IMG/VR virus record: IMGVR_UViG_3300047576_000028
Location: 33,002 to 97,001 of that record
Direction: 5' to 3' (one strand)
DNA from: a virus
Lineage: Duplodnaviria > Caudoviricetes
Length of the DNA stretch: 64,000 nt
Both the position numbers and the translations under genes were made by a program. The notes under the pieces were generated by a model. The model had not been told where the DNA came from. It worked only from the letters and a program-made list of their open reading frames with translations, and searched no databases. Positions 28,424 through 38,671 of the stretch are shown here, piece by piece. Numbering within the stretch: the first letter of the stretch is position 1; each line of letters starts with the position of its first letter.

Positions 28424-30526
28424 TTAATTAACTATAAAATAGCTCACACACAACGGGTTCGTGGCGATTGTCCCATTGTACGTGACGGTGAAGCTCGTGG
28501 CCGCGGTACGCGCAGTAACGGCCATTCCACCTACCAGAGTCGCGAGTGTGCTGTTGCAGGTCACGCCGAGTTTGGTTCCGAGCGAATCGTCCGAGAGTAA
28601 GAAAATCTGGCTGTTGGCGGTGACTGCGGTAGTGTTGACGGTTAGCGTCACATTAGTGACGCCGGTGGGGATGGCAACGCTTCCAGCAGCAGCGCGGACA
28701 CAGATGGCTGGAGACGCACTGCTGGAGCAGTTGGTATTTGTATTGTATGTCCCAGCGTTCATCGCACCCCCCCCCGAGCCGTCGATCATCAGACTACCTG
28801 TACCCGTGTTCGCGTTGCTCATATGTGTGTTGCCAGAACCGTCTTGATAGATTATCCCTGTAGTACCGCCAGGGTTAAACATTTGTAAACCGTAGCTGCT
28901 AAAACTAGCAAAGACTGTCGATGCATCCTTTGATTCAAACACCGTTGCATCGGCGTTCAAATAGTTGGACAGATTACTTAGACCCGTAATCGCGCCACTA
29001 GTCACCGACCATGTAGCTACGTAGCCGGACGGACGATACTGGAACCCGGATATGGATGTTGGGTTAGAAACTTCGTTGTAACACTCAGTCTGACCGTTGT
29101 TGTTAGTGGTGCTATATACAGCTTCACAATTCATCAACAGCAAGCGGGGCATAGTCGACAGTTCGCCGCTAGCGTTGCTTCCCAATCCGACGCCGCAGTC
29201 GTCGACCCATCCGCCATCATACACACAATTGGCAAACAGAGACAAAGGGCCATTCTTTGGATCGACCGGCTGCAATAACAGCATCTCCCCAATTCCACCA
29301 GCGGCTATGATCGGTCCTTGGTGTATGACCGCACCTGGGGCTAAATTAGTACTATATAAACCCTTGCTGAGATCCGAGGTAGGCGCGAGAGTTCCAGGAT
29401 AGGCCACGTTCCCCTGCACATTCAGCGCCGCCCCGCAGGCCACATTGGCTTCCCACCCCAACGTCGTCAGATTCCCGCCCGCCGTCACGAGATAGATATC
29501 CGCCGTGGTACCCGATGGCGCGGACGCGCACGCTGGGGCTGTCACGATATCGTAGTTCGTGCCGTTGACCGTCGCGGCACTCGTCGTCGTGGTGGCCGTT
29601 GTACTGCATGCGGAGTTCGGCCCGTTCACGTTGACGAGACGCAGCGCCGCGCAATACCCGTGCGTGGTGCTGCCCGCCGTGCCGTGTGTGGAGAGCGTGG
29701 GCGCGGTTGGCGCGGCGGTGGACGTGACGTACTGGAAGTTGGAGGCGTCGGGCGTCTGCGAACCTTGCGAACCGCTGCCGGTCATCACAGCGCCGCTGCC
29801 AAGAGAAGCCGCGCTTGTCACTACGGTCGCTGGCAAATCCCCGACAACCAGAGGGCATGGCGCGAAAGATGTAGCCGAACCGCACGTGCCGATGACTTGA
29901 TGCGAAGTCTGGCCGACAGTGGCGCTGAGAACGAGCGACGGCGTCGTGGTGGTGCTGCCGAAGTTGCACGTCAGCCACGATGCGCCGAAGCTGCCGCAGG
30001 TCACGCTGGTAACCGTACCTCCGCCTGAGGCGGCTGGAGGCGTCTGCAATTCCCAATTCGTGCCGTCGTAGATGAGCAGGTACTGCGCGTTCGCCCGAAT
30101 GTCGTTTACGGCGATGGCGGATTGGTTACCAGCTTGCCGGATCGGCGATGCGCCCTGCCCATCGACGTTCAGCGTTTGATTCGCGCCGGATGCATGCGTG
30201 GACGTGAATAATATGGGATATGGCACTTGACCCGTGAAACCGCCCGCGCCGGTCAAGCAGGCCCAATTGATGCTGGCTGTACTCGCGCACGCCTGCGCCG
30301 CTGCTACCACGCCGCCGTCGATAGACATGATTGCGCTGGTGGCCGATCCCGGCCCCGTCGCCGTCACGTCGCCGGTGAGCGCGGTGATACCGGAGCCGCC
30401 CCCGGAAGATGGCGGAAAGGTTTGACCTTGAGCGCGTGCGCCGTCGTACCCCAGCACTCCGACTACGGATGAGCACATCAGGCACCAGAAGAATTGGCGC
30501 AGCAGAAACAGTAGAATTCTACGCAT
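28424..30526 (-). CDS. Large secreted or fibre-like Ser/Thr/Gly-rich protein
   Basis: Signal-peptide-like start, GITALTGDVTATG motif, mosaic beta-rich domains; 700 aa. Confidence 0.6.
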   Translation of the reverse strand: MRRILLFLLRQFFWCLMCSSVVGVLGYDGARAQGQTFPPSSGGGSGITALTGDVTATGPGSATSAIMSIDGGVVAAAQACASTASINWACLTGAGGFTGQVPYPILFTSTHASGANQTLNVDGQGASPIRQAGNQSAIAVNDIRANAQYLLIYDGTNWELQTPPAASGGGTVTSVTCGSFGASWLTCNFGSTTTTPSLVLSATVGQTSHQVIGTCGSATSFAPCPLVVGDLPATVVTSAASLGSGAVMTGSGSQGSQTPDASNFQYVTSTAAPTAPTLSTHGTAGSTTHGYCAALRLVNVNGPNSACSTTATTTTSAATVNGTNYDIVTAPACASAPSGTTADIYLVTAGGNLTTLGWEANVACGAALNVQGNVAYPGTLAPTSDLSKGLYSTNLAPGAVIHQGPIIAAGGIGEMLLLQPVDPKNGPLSLFANCVYDGGWVDDCGVGLGSNASGELSTMPRLLLMNCEAVYSTTNNNGQTECYNEVSNPTSISGFQYRPSGYVATWSVTSGAITGLSNLSNYLNADATVFESKDASTVFASFSSYGLQMFNPGGTTGIIYQDGSGNTHMSNANTGTGSLMIDGSGGGAMNAGTYNTNTNCSSSASPAICVRAAAGSVAIPTGVTNVTLTVNTTAVTANSQIFLLSDDSLGTKLGVTCNSTLATLVGGMAVTARTAATSFTVTYNGTIATNPLCVSYFIVN

Positions 30527-31145
30527 GGATTATGCCTGATTACAACGCGACTACTGGTAGGATGCGAACCTGTCCTGCGAAACATCCTGAAGTGTTTGTA
30601 AACTCATGATAACACGGCAGAACCGGTACACACGTCCTATTCACGACCCCACGCCGCAATACCTGGCAACCGCTCACCGTTGCTCAACATCGAAGGTTGC
30701 GGGTACGTGAGAAAACCTTCCAATCCTTCGCCATGGCCGAGGTTGCGGTAGCCAGCGCCACCCGTATCCGGCCATGCTGGAAGCATAGCCAGCCGGTCAG
30801 CTAGGCTTGGGCCGTGATGCAGGGAAATACCAGCTTGCGCCGGGCGCGCAGCGCGATGAAAGCAGAACACGATCTGCCCATGCGAGTGGCGTCCCCAATT
30901 GACAACGCGAAATTCGCCTGCTCCTTTAGCGTAGAGCGCGTCTACGCGCTTCTTTTTCATCCAGGATTCGACGCCATCGGCGTCAAGAATGCGTACTGTT
31001 CTTTGGGCCATGCGTAGTTGGAGCGGTGGGAGGATTGTCCGCTGGCATTTCGCCAGCACGTGCGGGCGACCGGGAGTTGTACCGGTTAAAACGCTGAGGG
31101 TTGGCAGGGGCGGCGCAGGACCGCCCGATTCGCCTCACCCTTCTT

Positions 31146-31285
31146 GGTAGTGGGTCTTAAGCTTGACCCTCGTTTATCTTAAGGGAGTCGAATGTCGTTT
31201 GCTCATGGCTGTCTGTTCAACAGTTTCCAAAGGCCCCTACCGGGCCTGCCCGTCTGCCTTTACGGCATTGGCTACAGCATATTAG
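31146..31285 (-). ncRNA. Repeated leader / candidate ncRNA, copy 3
   Basis: Near-identical to the other copies; TTGACA-N18-TATGCT promoter at about 31277-31306 on the minus strand. Confidence 0.55.
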
Positions 31286-31512
31286 AAATCGTGGGGCAAT
31301 GTCAAGCACAACTTTTGGCGGGCAGCGGCCAAGGAACGCTGGGGCAAGGTAAAGATGCAAAAGGCGCGTGTTCTTGTGCCTGGGGAAAATGCCAGCCTAA
31401 CCCACGAAGATTCCATGGATGTATCTGAAAACAAAGACATTCCATCTGCTAGGTGGCCCGGAGTTTTGACCCGCGGTTTCGCCTTTCCTACGCTTTTATT
31501 TTAGCAAATGGC

Positions 31513-31541
31513 TTGACGTTGTTTGTACCATCGGCTATGCT
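31513..31541 (+). promoter_or_regulatory. Sigma70-like promoter, divergent from the leader copy 3 promoter
   Basis: TTGACG-N17-TATGCT. Confidence 0.55.
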
Positions 31542-31619
31542 AGGATCAGATCGCGGCAATGAGTGCGATCCGCTCCCCCAGGGCGATAAACGAGGGTCAA
31601 GCTAAGACCCACTACCAAC

Positions 31620-32045
31620 ATGACTGATAAGCAAGCCTACAGGCTAACCATGCGCAAACTCCTACGCGTAGACTTCGCAGTTGCCAGACTCCGCACCGGA
31701 TTCACCGTAGAACTCACAACGAATATGGGGTCCTGCCAATGTGGCAGCCACAGCGGAGATATCACTGTAGTTAATGGTGTAGTGATGGCCTGCTGCAAGG
31801 GGCTGTTTGACTGGCAGAATTACAATGGACCCGCCGTCAAATGCAACATATCGTACGGATGGGGCGCAACAGCAATAACCATCGCGCAAGCCTACTACGG
31901 CGAGTGGAACGTGCTGGATGGCGAAGATGATCTCCCGTATGCGTTTTCCCAAGGCACCGGATTTTGCGGTTCCACTTTGACGGACTGGAAGAGACTCCGG
32001 CAAACAAACCTCAATGCGAACCTGAAGCGCCGTCATCTGGAGTAG
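31620..32045 (+). CDS. Hypothetical protein
   Basis: Follows the promoter and a partial leader copy (31585-31618). Confidence 0.5.
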   Translation: MTDKQAYRLTMRKLLRVDFAVARLRTGFTVELTTNMGSCQCGSHSGDITVVNGVVMACCKGLFDWQNYNGPAVKCNISYGWGATAITIAQAYYGEWNVLDGEDDLPYAFSQGTGFCGSTLTDWKRLRQTNLNANLKRRHLE

Positions 32046-32057
32046 AGGGGCAGCCGG

Positions 32058-32201
32058 ATGCGTAAGCTCACCACCCGCCATGCGCGCGCGATGGCGGCGC
32101 TGCGCAAGACCAACGGCGGCGGCCGCCCGCGCAAGCCCACCGCCTGCCCGAAGTGCGGCGCAGAGTGCGAGAGCGCGCGGAAAGCCCAAGCGCACTGCTG
32201 A
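32058..32201 (+). CDS. Small basic AT-hook-like / Zn-finger peptide
   Basis: Manual translation MRKLTTRHARAMAALRKTNGGGRPRKPTACPKCGAECESARKAQAHC. Confidence 0.5.
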   Translation: MRKLTTRHARAMAALRKTNGGGRPRKPTACPKCGAECESARKAQAHC

Positions 32202-32802
32202 TTACGCCTAGCATGACACAACCACGAGGTTGTAGCTACTGAGGGTAGAAGGAAAGGAAAAACCACAATGACAAACTATACCCGGTGCAACGAATGCGGA
32301 GGAACTTTCGAGAAAGGCTGGAGCGATGACGAAGCTAACGCTGAGGCTCAACAAAACTTCGGGAATACGGGCAATGACCCAGGCATGGCCGTGTTCTGCG
32401 ATCCCTGCTATCGGGCAATCGTGGGCAGAATCGCCGCCAAGATGCTTTATAAGACGGCGGAAACGCTAACCCTGCCGCCAGGAATCCGCGCATGCTTTCA
32501 TGGGGCGATGCGCGCGGGAAACCTGATGGAGGCCAAGTGCCTGATTTGGCCGTATGTCCCGGTGCCCTCATTCTTTCCTTGGAAGTGTCCAATTATGGCA
32601 TTGGGGCTAAGCTTAGTCATATTGTTTTGGTCTCCCTCCGCCACGGGTTTTGTGGCCTTTTTTAAACTGGCCACTTCTATTTTTCTTCATTTCTCGTCTG
32701 GCTGATTCAACTTTTTCAGCTTCTTTCAATAGCTGTTCGTTTGTCTTTGGAATTGTGTATTTAGACTCAATCATTTTTCCTTCCCTCGCCAGGCGACCGG
32801 CG

Positions 32803-33462
32803 CTAGGTGCTTGTTTTCCTGCCGCTTATCCTCTTGCGTATCTCTTGCTTTGCCCGATGGTGCGCCGTCTTCACTCCCGGCATCGTCATCCCGAGGTCCT
32901 CGCCGATTTGCCGCAATGTTTCTCCCTGCGCCCAGCGCAGCAGGATTTTCCGGTCACGGTCGCTCAGCCACGCCAGCGCATCGGAAAGCAGCGCCAACTG
33001 CTCATCTCGAATGACGTTGCGCTCCGGGGTATTGTGGTCAACCGGCTCCAGAACTTTATTCAAGCCTATCGTGCGCGCGTGACGGAGCCACTGATACTTT
33101 ATATTTCGCTGAACCGTGCCGGCGAATGAGAGGATCGCCGCCGGGTTACGGATCTCACCAGAACGAATAGCTTGCCAGCACTTCACTACCGCCTGCTGCG
33201 CCAGGTCTTCCGCATCCGCTTCGTCGATGTTTCGTGAATGCCGGTATTTCCAAACGGTGTTGAATAGCGCAGTTTCCGCTTCGGGGTTGCGGGATTGGAC
33301 GCCGGATACGATTTGGGTAGAAGTCACTTGTCGGCCGCCGCCCCTTCCCGCCAGCGCATTACGTAGCAGAACAGCATTACGTCCCAGCCTTCCCGCTCTT
33401 GATCCACAATTCGAGCGCTTCTTTGTGTGCGCGCCACAAAACAGTGCCACGTTTTCGCGCAA
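32803..33462 (-). CDS. ECF-type sigma-70 factor (true start probably near 33328)
   Basis: ADAEDLAQQAVVKCW (region 2) and LSDRDRKILLRWAQGETLRQIGEDLGMTMPGVKTAHHRAK (region 4). Confidence 0.8.
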   Translation of the reverse strand: MRENVALFCGAHTKKRSNCGSRAGRLGRNAVLLRNALAGRGGGRQVTSTQIVSGVQSRNPEAETALFNTVWKYRHSRNIDEADAEDLAQQAVVKCWQAIRSGEIRNPAAILSFAGTVQRNIKYQWLRHARTIGLNKVLEPVDHNTPERNVIRDEQLALLSDALAWLSDRDRKILLRWAQGETLRQIGEDLGMTMPGVKTAHHRAKQEIRKRISGRKTST

Positions 33463-33550
33463 CCGCTCGGAAACGCCACCATACAGTCGATGGCGTGAAT
33501 ACGCTGGTATTGGCCCTTGGGAGACGTTCGGCTTCGGATTTCTCGTTCAT
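33377..33550 (-). CDS. Small ribbon-helix-helix-like protein
   Basis: Manual translation MNEKSEAERLPRANTSVFTPSTVWWRFRAVARKRGTVLWRAHKEALELWIKSGKAGT; its ATG is the TCAT target motif. Confidence 0.5.
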   Translation of the reverse strand: MNEKSEAERLPRANTSVFTPSTVWWRFRAVARKRGTVLWRAHKEALELWIKSGKAGT

Positions 33551-33600
33551 AAAGTCCTTTCGCGCGGGAAGCCGCTGGCTTCAGCCATGCGGTTGCTTAC
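33551..33600 (+). mobile_element. Family-B miniature element (50 bp)
   Basis: TCAT followed by aaagtcctttcgcgcgggaagccgctggcttcagccatgcgg and ttgcTTAC. Confidence 0.7.
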
Positions 33601-34200
33601 TCAAACACCGATACAATCCCGCCGCCGTTCGGGGCCTACGAGCACCGGCAATGCAATCCGTAAGAAAGTGCGCCGGACGGATATAGGTTGAATCATGGAC
33701 TCGTGCACGCAATCTGGCGAAAACAGATAGCCTATATTTGGGCGCAAGATCTCTCCGCCACATAAATCCAAGTCCGAGAGGTCACCGTCACTGCCGGGCT
33801 GTGCGTCGAATTGCCCGCGCCATGCGCGGCAACCCACGACGCTCGAAGCGACGATCACTGGCATTCGGCCAAACTCCTTCAACGGAACATTATTGCAGGT
33901 ATGCGACCAGCCGGGGTCGGGGTGCCCCCAACGGGCGTGCCCCTGCATAAAACACCCGTCCACGTGCGGCTTTGGCCTCCGCTGGGACATCCCGGAAAAC
34001 ACCACCTTTTCGTCTACGGTCATGTGGGCTACGCCCACTTTCGCGCCCGCAGCATCGCACAGCGCGCTCACAGGATCGAGGTAATCTTCGAACCCTCCGG
34101 GCATCGCGGGTCTCGCCAAATCGAATGTGTGCATGTACTTCTGGCGATCCGCATAGGGAAGCGTCACCGCGCAAAGCTCGCGATAGTCGCTGTTCAACAT
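33601..34200 (-). CDS. Putative 2OG-Fe(II)-like / cupin enzyme
   Basis: RRPKPHVDG (HxD) ... VHES ... RTFLRI. Confidence 0.45.
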   Translation of the reverse strand: MLNSDYRELCAVTLPYADRQKYMHTFDLARPAMPGGFEDYLDPVSALCDAAGAKVGVAHMTVDEKVVFSGMSQRRPKPHVDGCFMQGHARWGHPDPGWSHTCNNVPLKEFGRMPVIVASSVVGCRAWRGQFDAQPGSDGDLSDLDLCGGEILRPNIGYLFSPDCVHESMIQPISVRRTFLRIALPVLVGPERRRDCIGV

Positions 34201-34631
34201 GGGTTACTCCTGAGCTTGTAGTGAATCATTGGACTGACGGGTTACCGATACTTGTTTTTAGTAACTCAAGTTGCACGCGAGTGAATTCAGCCTGATACGC
34301 CATTAGGTCTAATTCCTTATGATCTTCGAGCGCGCCAAGCAGCACAAACAGTACAGAGGCGACGGCCAGAGCGCCATCGGCCTCCGCTTGTTCTGCGGCG
34401 GTCGTTAGCCGGGCAATCCACTTCGCGCGTAAGTCCGGGGTCACGCAAGCCTCCAGGCCGCGAGGGTGAGCACCCACAGCGCTCCCAGGATCGCGGTAGC
34501 CCAGGCAAATCTCTGCTTCGCGCGGGCCAGACGCGCGTACTTCGCCTTCAATGCCGCATGCTCTCGGGAGAGACTGATTGCGCCCGCAAGCGCCCCGTCA
34601 AGCAGTCTAGCTATGTGCTCAGAGAGATCGC

Positions 34632-35108
34632 TCATATGTTTGTGTCTTCCGCAGTCTTGAGTACGGCGGCGCACAACCGCACTTGCTCCTCGGTGAGGCT
34701 GTAGATGTTCCAAAACGTGTCCAACGGCAGGCAATTCTGGACTACTTCATGGCCGACCCAAGCCGGAGCGGCAAACAAGGCACTGAGCGCAATGCCTCTA
34801 TCCAGAATTGCCTGCCGTTGGCGTTCCCGCTCTTGGCGCTCATCGGCTTCGCGGCGTTTATCGGCTTCCCATTCGCGCACTTCTTCGGCGGTCGCGCGAA
34901 AATTCAGGTGCGTGCGGAAGTCAGCGAAACGGCAACAGCCTGTAACGATTGAGAACGTCTCGCTTCTCAGTCCGCCACCCACTAATACAAGCGCCGGCGT
35001 CAATCGGAGGACGGTAGTCAATCGCTTGCGGTCGTCCCCATACAGCGATATCCACACCCTGTCTCCAGGTTTCAGTGCCGCACGTTCGGCGGCAGTAAGT
35101 TTAGGCAT
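34632..35108 (-). CDS. Hypothetical protein (SH3-like N-terminus)
   Basis: LKPGDRVWI motif; coupled in operon. Confidence 0.45.
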   Translation of the reverse strand: MPKLTAAERAALKPGDRVWISLYGDDRKRLTTVLRLTPALVLVGGGLRSETFSIVTGCCRFADFRTHLNFRATAEEVREWEADKRREADERQERERQRQAILDRGIALSALFAAPAWVGHEVVQNCLPLDTFWNIYSLTEEQVRLCAAVLKTAEDTNI

Positions 35109-35402
35109 CAGATTTCCTCCACTAGCGCGCGCGCCGCGTCAAGCAATCCCTGAAGGCCGGAGATTGCAGCAGCGTATAGCGTTTTAACGTATTCCGGGTC
35201 TTCGCTGAGGTCTCGTGGCAGCCGAGTATTGCCAACTAATCCGATTGCGTTGATCGCTTCGCACGCGGCCATAGCCTGCTTCATCCGCCGTAGCCACTCG
35301 GAGCGTTCGGCGTGGCGACAGTTTCGGCCATCCCTATCTCTCCGCGATAGTACCGGTCCAAGGCGTTCAGGAATAGGCGTTTCGAGTCGTTCCATGCTTT
35401 GA

Positions 35403-35431
35403 AGTATAAGCGAGTGCGGGGCCGGGTGTCA
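35403..35431 (-). promoter_or_regulatory. Sigma70 promoter for a leaderless ORF (35108..35395)
   Basis: TTGACA-N17-TATACT-N7-ATG. Confidence 0.65.
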
Positions 35432-35469
35432 AGCAAAATCTTTGAGAGGAAAGAAAATGTTTGACCAGA

Positions 35470-35539
35470 GTAAGCAACTCCACGGCTAAAGCCGGGGGCT
35501 TTTAGATTCCACATGCAAAATATCAAAACATTTCGCTGC
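35470..35539 (-). mobile_element. Family-A right-end fragment (70 bp)
   Basis: Matches the last 70 bp of the element. Confidence 0.8.
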
Positions 35540-37081
35540 AGGAGATTGCGATGCCGCTGGCAAGCCAGCCAGCAAGCCGAAGGCGGTGAAGGCAGCGATC
35601 CACTCAGTGAAGGATGGGTAGTGCGCTATTTGTGTGTGCCCGGCGTCGCATCCTCATGAGACAGAGCGTGGCCCCGTAGGGGCTGTTAAGGCTTTAACTC
35701 CAAATGCCCCGCAGAATCCAATTCGGCACAGGCACTTTCCGCGTCCGCTAGGGTCTTGGCTGCTAGTGTTCCTGCGTGGCAGGCGTCCGCTATCCGTTCC
35801 AGCCTCTTGTCCATTTCTAGCAGTTTTGTGCGTAGCCTAAGTGGTTCTGATTTGCCCGGTTGCAAGATCGCACGGTAGAGGTAGTTTGAAATCGCTATCG
35901 TCCTCTCGGTGGTTTCGACATCGTATTTATCGAGCTGCAATTTTACGGAGCCGTGCCGTTTGCCTTGTAGTTTGGCGATGTCAATATCGAGTTTGTCGTT
36001 CTTCACCCGCAGATTGTCGTTCTCCAACTGCAATTGAAGGTTCAGATCCCTGAAGTCGTGGCGCGTTTGGGCGTCCCGTTCTTCCTGGGAAACACAGCCG
36101 ACAAGGATGATGATAGCCCCGAACAGGGCCAATGGTAGATGCGCTTTCATCTGCTTTTTCGGGAATCCATCATAGCAGGCGGGCTTGCCAGCGGCATCGC
36201 AATCTCCTGCGTGTGCGCACATCGTTCAAAGCACCCCGCTCTATTCAAAGCCGACCACCAATCCTTCTCTGGCTCATCCCTTACGTCAGAATACATCTCG
36301 GCGATTCCGAGTAAAGCGTGACGGGCCTCGGACAATTCCTTTTGCAAACGGGCGTTCTCTGCAGCAAGCGCCGCGCACTTGTCGCTCGTGGTTGGGGTAA
36401 CGCCGGCTATGGTATTGATTTCGATTCCGGTGAGAGATGACTTTTCCGTTTCGTAGCGTTTAGCGTCAACAAAGAACGGATACTTGTGTTTTTGCTCACT
36501 GTCAGGTTCGCTCATGAGGTCCTCGTTTTCTGTGTCTATAGCCTTCCCTAGCTTCAATTTCCTTAGTTTCCATCTCGGCTTCAAATGCCTTTTTGACGAG
36601 GAGCCATCCAAGATGGCGGGCTTGGGTGGGCGAGAAAATAATATGCCCAACGCCATCGGCATCTGGCTGGAGATCGGGATGGATGATTACTACCTCCCCT
36701 GCACCGTTAGTTCCGATTTCTAAAGAGCCGGGTTTCACTGGTTCCATTAGTCTCTGTAACCTCCTTGAGATTTCTGTTTTTCCGAGGCCGAGGCCGGTGG
36801 TTCTAGCAGGCTCCCCTTCTATCCACGACCGTAGCGCCCACGATCCAATGGCGAAATTGCTTTAGCGTTGGAAACACCAACCGGGACTTTCCATTACGCA
36901 ACCGCTCCCGGATTCGGATGTAAGTCCCGGCAGCGCCGGGGTGCGGCACGGCGATACTCAATTGGTCTACCTCGCGAAAGACGTTGCCCTTGTTGAATTG
37001 TTCGCCGAGTTGCGGACAATATACCGCTGCGTCATCTGGAGTTATGGGTGGCGTTGTTAGGTGTGCGTGAACCGGCGCATC

Positions 37082-37186
37082 TTGAAGTGCGGCGTTGTAT
37101 GTTTCCGCGTTATCATTCAGGATGCATGTGAGCGCAGTCACTTGCGTGGCATTCGGCATCAGTCGGAATTGGAAGGTTCTCAGCAC
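37082..37186 (-). pseudogene. tnpB: N-terminal fragment of a third TnpB (HTH_OrfB_IS605)
   Basis: VLRTFQFRLMPNATQVTAL...TYNAALQ followed by unrelated sequence. Confidence 0.65.
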
Positions 37187-37317
37187 TTCTTGCTTGCCCA
37201 CCGCGCATTCGCTGCGGCTCTGGCCGATGCGCTGCGCTCTTCGTCGGTCATGGTCTTTAACCGAGCCTTGCCGCCCTTTCGGCCAAGAGCCACCGCAGCC
37301 GCGTTCTTTCGCTTCAC
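37180..37317 (-). CDS. Small basic ALGRKGGKAR protein
   Basis: Manual translation MKRKNAAAVALGRKGGKARLKTMTDEERSASARAAANARWASKKC; TTGACA-N17-TAAACT upstream. Confidence 0.7.
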   Translation of the reverse strand: MKRKNAAAVALGRKGGKARLKTMTDEERSASARAAANARWASKKC

Positions 37318-37355
37318 GCTTTTAGTTTATACGAAGCGCTTGGGAATGTCAAGAC

Positions 37356-37377
37356 GGTAGTCATCTATATAATTCCC
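37356..37377 (-). mobile_element. IS1595-like terminal repeat
   Basis: ggtagtcatctatataattccc, identical to 46656-46677. Confidence 0.55.
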
Positions 37378-37404
37378 AAGTATTTCCAGTTGCCGTGCCG
37401 TCAT

Positions 37405-38671
37405 CGGTTCCTTTCGCGCGGGAAACCGCTGGCTTTAGCCATGCGGAGGGATAGCGCGGCGGCTTGAAAGCCGCCTGTTCCCGCTTGCTATCGTGGTTGT
37501 GGAGCGGTAAACTCCATAGTAGTGAAATTGACGCTCCAATTGCAAGTATTGCCGGACGCCGCGCAGACTGCGCGACTGCTGGAAACCATGGAGCGCGTAA
37601 ACGAAGCCGCAACCTTTGCGGCCCGATGTGGATTCGCTGCTGGCGTCTTCTCCCAACCGTCCATCCACAAACTCGCGTATCGGGAGATTCGAGATCGATT
37701 TGGCCTTTCGGCGCAGATGGCTGTGCGTGCGATTGGCAAGGCTGTTGAGTGCTTTCGGCGCGACAAGAAGATCTGCCCCGCATTCAAGTCCCATGGAGCC
37801 ATCACCTACGATGAGCGGATCTTTAGTTTCAAGGGAGTCGATAGGGTGAGCCTGTGGGCGCTCCCGGAGGGCCGGTCGGTTATTCCGCTGGTGTATGGGG
37901 AGTATCAGAAGCAGCGTTTCGACCGCATCAAAGGGCAAGCCGATCTGGTCTACCGCAAGGGGAAGTTCTACCTGTACTGCACCGTCGATCTTCCCGACAC
38001 GGCCCCGGTCGATCCCACCGACTTCCTCGGAGTGGATCTGGGCGTGGCGCAGATCGCCGCCGATTCGGACGGCAGAAGTTACTCCGGGTCCGAACTCAAG
38101 TCCGTTCGCTTCCGCCATCGCCGGTTGCGCACCAAACTTCAGAAGATACAAACGCGGGCGGCACAACGCCGCCTGAAGCGGTTGGCTGGAAGCGAGCGCA
38201 GGTTCGCCACCCACGTCAACCATTGCATTTCCAAGCAGATCGTTGCGGAAGCTAAACGCACAGGCCGCGCTATCGCCGTCGAAGACTTGACGGGGATACG
38301 TGACCGAGTTAAGGCCAGGCGTACGCAGCGTGCGGTTCTGCATTCTTGGGCGTTCGGACAACTTCTCGCGTTCCTGTCGTACAAGGCCGCGTTGGCTGCC
38401 GTCCTGTTGGCCGTGGTCGATCCACGCAACAGTAGCCGCGAGTGTTCCGTTTGCGGGCACACCGAAAAGGCCAACCGCCAAACCCAAGATCGCTTTCACT
38501 GTCGGGCTTGTGGCTTCGCCGCCAATGCCGACATCAACGCTGCCGTGAACCTTCGGGAACGCGGTAGGGGTGCTGTAAACCACCCGAGGGCATCTGCCCA
38601 GCTTAGCGAGTTGTGTGAATCGTCGCATGACTCAGCTAAAAACCGCCGCCTTTAGGCGCGCGGTAGTTTAC
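37405..38671 (+). mobile_element. IS200/IS605-family (IS1341-type, tnpB-only) element, family B
   Basis: TCAT target motif, left-end hairpin ccgctggctttagccatgcgg, right-end hairpin ccgccgcctttaggcgcgcgg, terminal TTAC. Confidence 0.85.
37522..38655 (+). CDS. tnpB: RNA-guided endonuclease TnpB (catalytic motifs intact)
   Basis: RuvC motifs LGVDLG, AVEDL and NADINAA; Zn finger CSVC..CRAC. Confidence 0.95.
   Translation: MKLTLQLQVLPDAAQTARLLETMERVNEAATFAARCGFAAGVFSQPSIHKLAYREIRDRFGLSAQMAVRAIGKAVECFRRDKKICPAFKSHGAITYDERIFSFKGVDRVSLWALPEGRSVIPLVYGEYQKQRFDRIKGQADLVYRKGKFYLYCTVDLPDTAPVDPTDFLGVDLGVAQIAADSDGRSYSGSELKSVRFRHRRLRTKLQKIQTRAAQRRLKRLAGSERRFATHVNHCISKQIVAEAKRTGRAIAVEDLTGIRDRVKARRTQRAVLHSWAFGQLLAFLSYKAALAAVLLAVVDPRNSSRECSVCGHTEKANRQTQDRFHCRACGFAANADINAAVNLRERGRGAVNHPRASAQLSELCESSHDSAKNRRL

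Noticed and set aside
37435-38628. Long antisense ORFs over the tnpB genes (also 48304..49539 and 61165..61950)
   Set aside because: Shadow ORFs of GC-rich coding sequence with no recognisable motifs.
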